This document shows positions 57,929 to 64,000 of a stretch of DNA of 64,000 nt, piece after piece. Position numbers and translations under genes: made by a program. Under the pieces are notes generated by a model. It made no database searches. It worked only from the letters and a program-made list of their open reading frames with translations, and had not been told where the DNA came from. Origin of the DNA: the human T2T-CHM13v2.0 reference genome, Homo sapiens; NCBI RefSeq assembly GCF_009914755.1, contig NC_060948.1. One strand, written 5' to 3'. The stretch's first letter is position 1. Each line of letters begins with the position of its first letter.

Positions 57929-60900
57929 ATGGACTCGTTTGGAATGGTGTAGTATGCAATGCAATCGACTGGCAGGGAATCAAAAGGAATGTAATCGAAT
58001 GGATTGGACTGGAATGCAATGGACTCGAATAGATTGGAAACGGAATGCAAAGGAATGGAATGGAATAGTATGGAATGGAATGGAAAGGAATGGAGTGGAA
58101 TAGACTAGAGTGGAATGGAATGGACTCGAAAGCAATGGACTGGAATGGAACTTTCTTGAATGGACTGGAATCAAACGGAATGGAATGCAATGCAATCAAA
58201 TGGCATGGAATAAAATAGAATGAAAGAGAATCAAACGGAATTGAATCGAATGGAATCGAATGGATTGGAAAGGAATAGAATGGAATGGAATGGAATTGAC
58301 TCAAATGGAATGGACTAGAATGGAATGGATTCGAATGGAAGGCAAAGGAATGGAATCTATTGGAATGGACTGTAATGGAATGGAATGGAAGGGATTGGAA
58401 TGGACTCGAATGGAATGGACTGCAATAGAAAGGATTCGAATGGAATGAAAAAGAATTGAATGGAATAGAACAGAATGGAATCAAACCTCATGAAATAGAA
58501 TGGAATAGAAAGGAATGGAATGAAATGGAATGGAAAGGATTCGAATGGAATGCAATCGAATGGAATGCAATCGAATGGAATGGAATCGAACGGAATGGAA
58601 TAAAATGGAAGAAAACTGGCAAGAAATGGAATCGAAATGAATGGAGTGTTAAGGAACGGACTCAAAAGGAATTGAATGTAATAGAATGGAGTGGAGTGGA
58701 CTCGAATATAATGGACTGGAATGGAATGAAATCACATGGAATGGGAACGAATGGAATGGAATGGAAAGGAATGGAATCGAATGGAAAGGAATCGAATGGA
58801 AGGGAATGAAATTGAATCAACAGGAATGGAAGGGAATAGAATAGACGGTAATGGAATGGACTCGAATAGAATGGACACGAATGCTCAAATTGAATGGACT
58901 CGAATGGAATGGAAATGAAAGGAATGTCATCGAATGCAATTCAATCGATTGGAATGAAATCGCATAGGATGGAGTGGAATCAAATGGAATTGAATCGAAA
59001 GGAAAAGAAGCGAATTGACTGAAATGAAATGGAATGGAATTGAATGGAAAGTAATGCAACGGAATAGAATGGAATGAAATTTCACGGAATGGAATCAAAC
59101 TGAATGGAATCAAATCAATGGAATATAATCAAATGGAATGGAAAGGAATTGAATGGAGTAGATTGTATTGGATGGGATTGGAATGAAATGTACTGGAAAG
59201 GACTCGAATTTCATGAAACGGAATGGAATGTATTAGAACGGAATGGACTCGAATGGAATTGAATGTCACGGAATGGCATCAAATGGAATGGCATCAATTG
59301 GAATGGAATCGAATGCAATGGAATGCTATGGAATGGAATGGAATGCATTGGAATGGAATGTCCTCTAATGGAATGGATTCGAGTGGAATGGAATCGAATA
59401 TAATGGAGTCTAATGAAATGGAATTGAAAGGAATGGGATCCAATACAATGGAATATACTGGAATGTAATGTAATGAACTCGAATGTAATTGACTGGAATG
59501 GAATGTACATGAGTGGAATGTAATCGAATGGAAAGTAATCCAATGGAATAGAATCTAATGCAATAAAATCGACTCAAATAGAGTAGAATGTAATGGAATG
59601 GAGTGCAGTGCAATGGAATGGAATGGAATGGGATGGAATGGTATGGAATGGATAGTAATGGACTGGAGTGAAATGGACTGGAAAATAATGGACTCAAATT
59701 GAAAGGGCTCGAAAGGAATGGAGTCAAATGGAATGGTCTGGAATGGAATGAACACGAATGTAATGCAATCCATTAGAATGGAATCGAATGGCATGGAATA
59801 TAAAGAAATGGAATCGAAGAGAATGGAAACAAATGGAATGGAATTGAATGGAATGGAATTGAATGGAATGGGAACGAATGGAGTGAAATTGTATGCAGTA
59901 GAAGAGAATAGAATGGAATGCAAGCGAAAGGAAAGGAATGGATTGGAATGGAATGGAATTCATTGGAATGGAAGGGAATGTAGTGTAATGGACAGGCCTG
60001 GAATAAAGTGGAATGCTACGGTCTCGAATGGAATAAAAATGTATGGAATGGAATGCAATGAAACGGAATCGAATGTCATAGAATGTAATGGAATGCAAAA
60101 AAATGGACTCCAAAATCATTGACTGGAAAGGCTGGGTGTCGAAAGGAATTGACTCCAATGGAATGGAATCGAATGGAATGGAAGTGAATAGAATCGAACT
60201 AAATCGAATGGAATGGAATTGATAGGAACGGAATGGAAAGGAATGCAATGATTTGGCATGGAATGGAATCGAATGGCATCGAATGGAATGGAATGGAATG
60301 CAATGGAATGGAATGTATTAGAATATAATGAACTTTAATGGAATGTACTCGAATGGATTCGACTGGAATGGAATGTTCTCGAAGTGAATGGACTCCAATG
60401 GAATGGATTCGAAAGGAATGGAATCTAATGGAATGGAATTAAATGGAAATGAATCAAATTGAATAGAACGGAATTGAATTGAATGGAATCGAATGCAATG
60501 GAATCTAATGAAAAGGAAAGGAAAGGAATGGAATGGATTGGAATGGAATGGGCTGGAATGGAATGGAATCGAAACGAATGGAATGGAATCGAACTGAAGA
60601 GACTGGAATGGAATGCACTGGAATGGAAGGGAATGTAATGGAAGGTTCTCAAGAAAAATGGAATCGAAAGGAATGGAATTGAATGGAACGGAATAGAGTC
60701 GAATGGAATTGAATGGAATGGAATGGACTAGAGTGAAATGGAATCGAACCACAAGGAATGGACAGGAATAGAATGGTCTCGAATTGAATGGAATCGTATG
60801 GAATGGCATCAAACGGAATGGAATGGACAGCCACGGAATGGAATGCACTCGAATGCAATGGAGTCGACACTAACGGAGTGGAATAGAATGGACTCGACTG

Positions 60901-61442
60901 GTACGGACTCCAATGGAATGGAATCGAATGGAAGGGTATCGAACGGAATGGGCTCGAAGGGAAAAGACTGCAATGGAAAGGTCTCGAATGGAATGGAAAT
61001 TAATGGAATGGAATGGAATCGAATGAAATGGAGTCAAAAGGAATGGAATCGAATGGCAAGAAATCGAATGTAATGGAATCGCAAGGAATTGAAGTGAACG
61101 GAACGGAATGCAATGGAATCCAAAGGAATGGAATAGAATGGAATGGAATCGAATGGAAAGGACTCGAATGGAAATCACTCGAATAGAATGCAATTTAATA
61201 AAATAAGATCAAATGTAATGGAATGGAACGGAAAGGAATCGAAACGAAAGGAATGGAGACAGATGGAATGGAATGGAACAGAGAGCAATGGTATAGAATG
61301 GAATGGAATCATCTGGAATGGAATTGAATGGAATGGAATAATATGAAATGGAATGGAATGGAATGGAATGCCCTTGAATTAAATGGACTGGAATGGAATG
61401 GACTCGAACAGAGTGGAATGGAAAGTGTTGAAATAGAATGGA
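57929..61442 (+). repeat. DYZ1 unit 4 (3514 bp)
   Basis: Landmark spacing. Confidence 0.9.
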
Positions 61443-64000
61443 ATGGACTCGTTTGGAATGGTCTAGTATGCAATGCAATCGACTGGCAGGGAATCAAAAG
61501 GAATGTAATCGAATGGATTGGACTGGAATGCAATGGACTCGAATAGATTGGAAACGGAAAGCAAAGGAATGGAATGGAATAGTATGGAATGGAATGGAAA
61601 GGAATGGAGTGGAATAGACTAGAGTGGAATGGAATGGACTGGAAAGCAATGGACTGGAATGGAACTTTCTTGAATGGACTGGAATCAAACGGAATGGAAT
61701 GCAATGCAATCAAATGGCATGGAATAAAATAGAATGAAAGAGAATCAAATGGAATTGAATCGAATGGAATCGAATGGATTGGAAAGGAATAGAATGGAAT
61801 GGAACGGAATTGACTCAAATGGAATGGACTAGAATGGAATGGATTCGAATGGAAGGCAAATGAATGGAATCTATTGGAATGGACTGTAATGGAATGGAAT
61901 GGAAGGGATTGGAATGGACTCGAATGGAATGGACTGCAATAGAAAGGATTCGAATGGAATGAAAAAGAATTGAATGGAATAGAACAGAATGGAATCAAAT
62001 CGAATGAAATGGAATGGAAGAGAAAGGAATGGAATGAAATGGAATGGAAAGGATTCGAATGGAATGCAATCGAATGGAATGGAATCGAACGGAATGGAAT
62101 AAAATGGAAGAAAACTGGCAAGAAATGGAATCGAAATGAATGGAGTGTTATGGAACGGACTCAAAAGGAATTGAATGTAATAGAATGGAGTGGAGTGGAC
62201 TCGAATATAATGGACTGGAATGGAATGAAATCACATGGAATGGGAACGAATGGAATGGAATGGAAAGGAATGGAATCGAATGGAAAGGAATCGAATGGAA
62301 GGGAATGAAATTGAATCAACAGGAATGGAAGGGAGTAGAATAGACGGTAATGGAATGGACTCGAATAGAATGGACACGAATGCTCAAATTGAATGGACTC
62401 GAATGGAATGGAAACGAAAGGAATGTCATCGAATGGAATTGAATCGATTGGAATGAAATTGCATAGAATGGAGTGGAATCAAATGGAATTGAATCGAAAG
62501 GAAAGGAAGCGAATGGACTGAAATGAAATGGAATGGAATTGAATGGAAAGTAATGCAATGGAATAGAACGGAACGAAATTTCACGGAATGGAATCAAACT
62601 GAATGGAATCAAATCAATGGAATATAATCAAATGGAATGGAAAGGAATTGAATGGAGTAGATTGGATTGGATGGGATTGGAATGAAATGTACTGGAAAGG
62701 ACACGAAATTCATGAAACGGAGTGGAATGAACTGGAACGGAATGGACTCGAATGGAATGGAATGTCATGGAATGGCATCAAATGGAATGGAATCGAATGC
62801 GATGGAATGCTATGGAATGGAATGGAATGCATAGGAATGGAATGTCCTCTAATGGAATGTATTCGAGTGGAATGGAATCGAATATAATGGAGTCTAATGA
62901 AATGGAATTGAAAGGAATGGGACCGAATACAATGGAATAAACTGGAATGTAATGTAATGAACTCGAATGTAATTGACTGGAATGGAATGTACATGAATGG
63001 AATGTAATCGAATGGAAAGCAATCCAATGGAATAGAATCTAATGCAATAAAATCGACTCAAATAGAGTAGAATGTAATGGAATGGAGTGCAGTGCAATGG
63101 AATGGAATGGAATGCAACGGAATGGAATGGAATGGAATGGAATGGGATGGAATGGTATGGAATGGATAGTAATGGACTGGAGTGAAATGGACTGGAAAAG
63201 AATGGACTCAAATTGAAAGGGCTCGAAAGGAATGGAGTCAAATGGAATGGTCTGGAATGGAATGAACACGAATGTAATGCAATCCAATAGAAGGGAATCG
63301 AATGGCATAGAATATAAAGAAATGGAATCGAAGAGAATGGAAACAAATGGAATGGAATTGAATGGAATGGAATTGAATGGAATGGGAAGGAATGGAGTGA
63401 AATTGTATGCAGTAGAAGAGAATAGAATGGAATGCAAGCGAAAGGAAAGGAATGGATTGGAATGGAATGGAATTCATTGGAATGGAAGGGAATGTAGTGT
63501 AATGGACAGGCCTGGAATAAAGTGGAATGCTACGGTCTCGAATGGAATAAAAATGTATGGAATGGAATGCAATGAAACGGAATCGAATGTCATAGAATGT
63601 AATGGAATGCAAAAAAATGGACTCCAAAATCATTGACTGGAAAGGCTGGGTGTCGAAAGGAATTGACTCCAATGGAATGGAATCGAATGGAATGGAAGTG
63701 AATAGAATCGAACTAAATCGAATGGAATGGAATTGATAGGAACGGAATGGAAAGGAATGCAATGATTTGGCATGGAATGGAATCGAAAGGCATCGAATGG
63801 AATGGAATGGAATGCAATGGAATGGAATGTATTAGAATGTAATGAACATTAATGGAAAGTACTCGAATGGATTCGACTGGAATGGAATGTTCTGGAAGTG
63901 AATGGACTCCAATGGAATGGATTTGAAAGGAATGGAATCGAACGGAATGGAATTAAACGGAAATGAATCAAATAGAATAGAACGGAATTGAATTGAATGG
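61443..64000 (+). repeat. DYZ1 unit 5 (partial, runs off the window)
   Basis: Landmark at 61443; co-linear with the previous units. Confidence 0.9.

Noticed and set aside
48088-63762. Many MEWNG- and FHSIP-repeat ORFs up to 270 aa
   Set aside because: (GGAAT)n and (ATTCC)n have no stop codon in any frame and translate to these pentapeptides, a well-known satellite artefact.

Overview
This window is eukaryotic satellite DNA. It matches the human Y-chromosome Yq12 heterochromatin at a boundary between a DYZ2 (HSat1B) block and a DYZ1 (HSat3) block. Bases 1-48037 are a head-to-tail array of about 20 composite units of ~2.41-2.42 kb, each made of a minus-strand, diverged, slightly 5'-truncated Alu, a ~570-bp HSATI-type segment and a ~1.55-kb AT-rich segment. 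Bases 48037-64000 are a (GGAAT)n-derived array with a ~3.5-3.6-kb higher-order unit: one internally deleted unit, three full units and one partial unit. I support no protein-coding or RNA genes; all listed ORFs are repeat artefacts. I found no new gene system. The interesting signal is evolutionary and regulatory: nested 1-, 2- and 3-unit duplications in DYZ2, ancestral-looking units frozen at the junction, a near-blunt junction, a deleted first DYZ1 unit with pentamer-phase-preserving indels, and three perfect heat-shock-element triplets per DYZ1 unit. Family names come from my recognition of the sequence, not from a database search.
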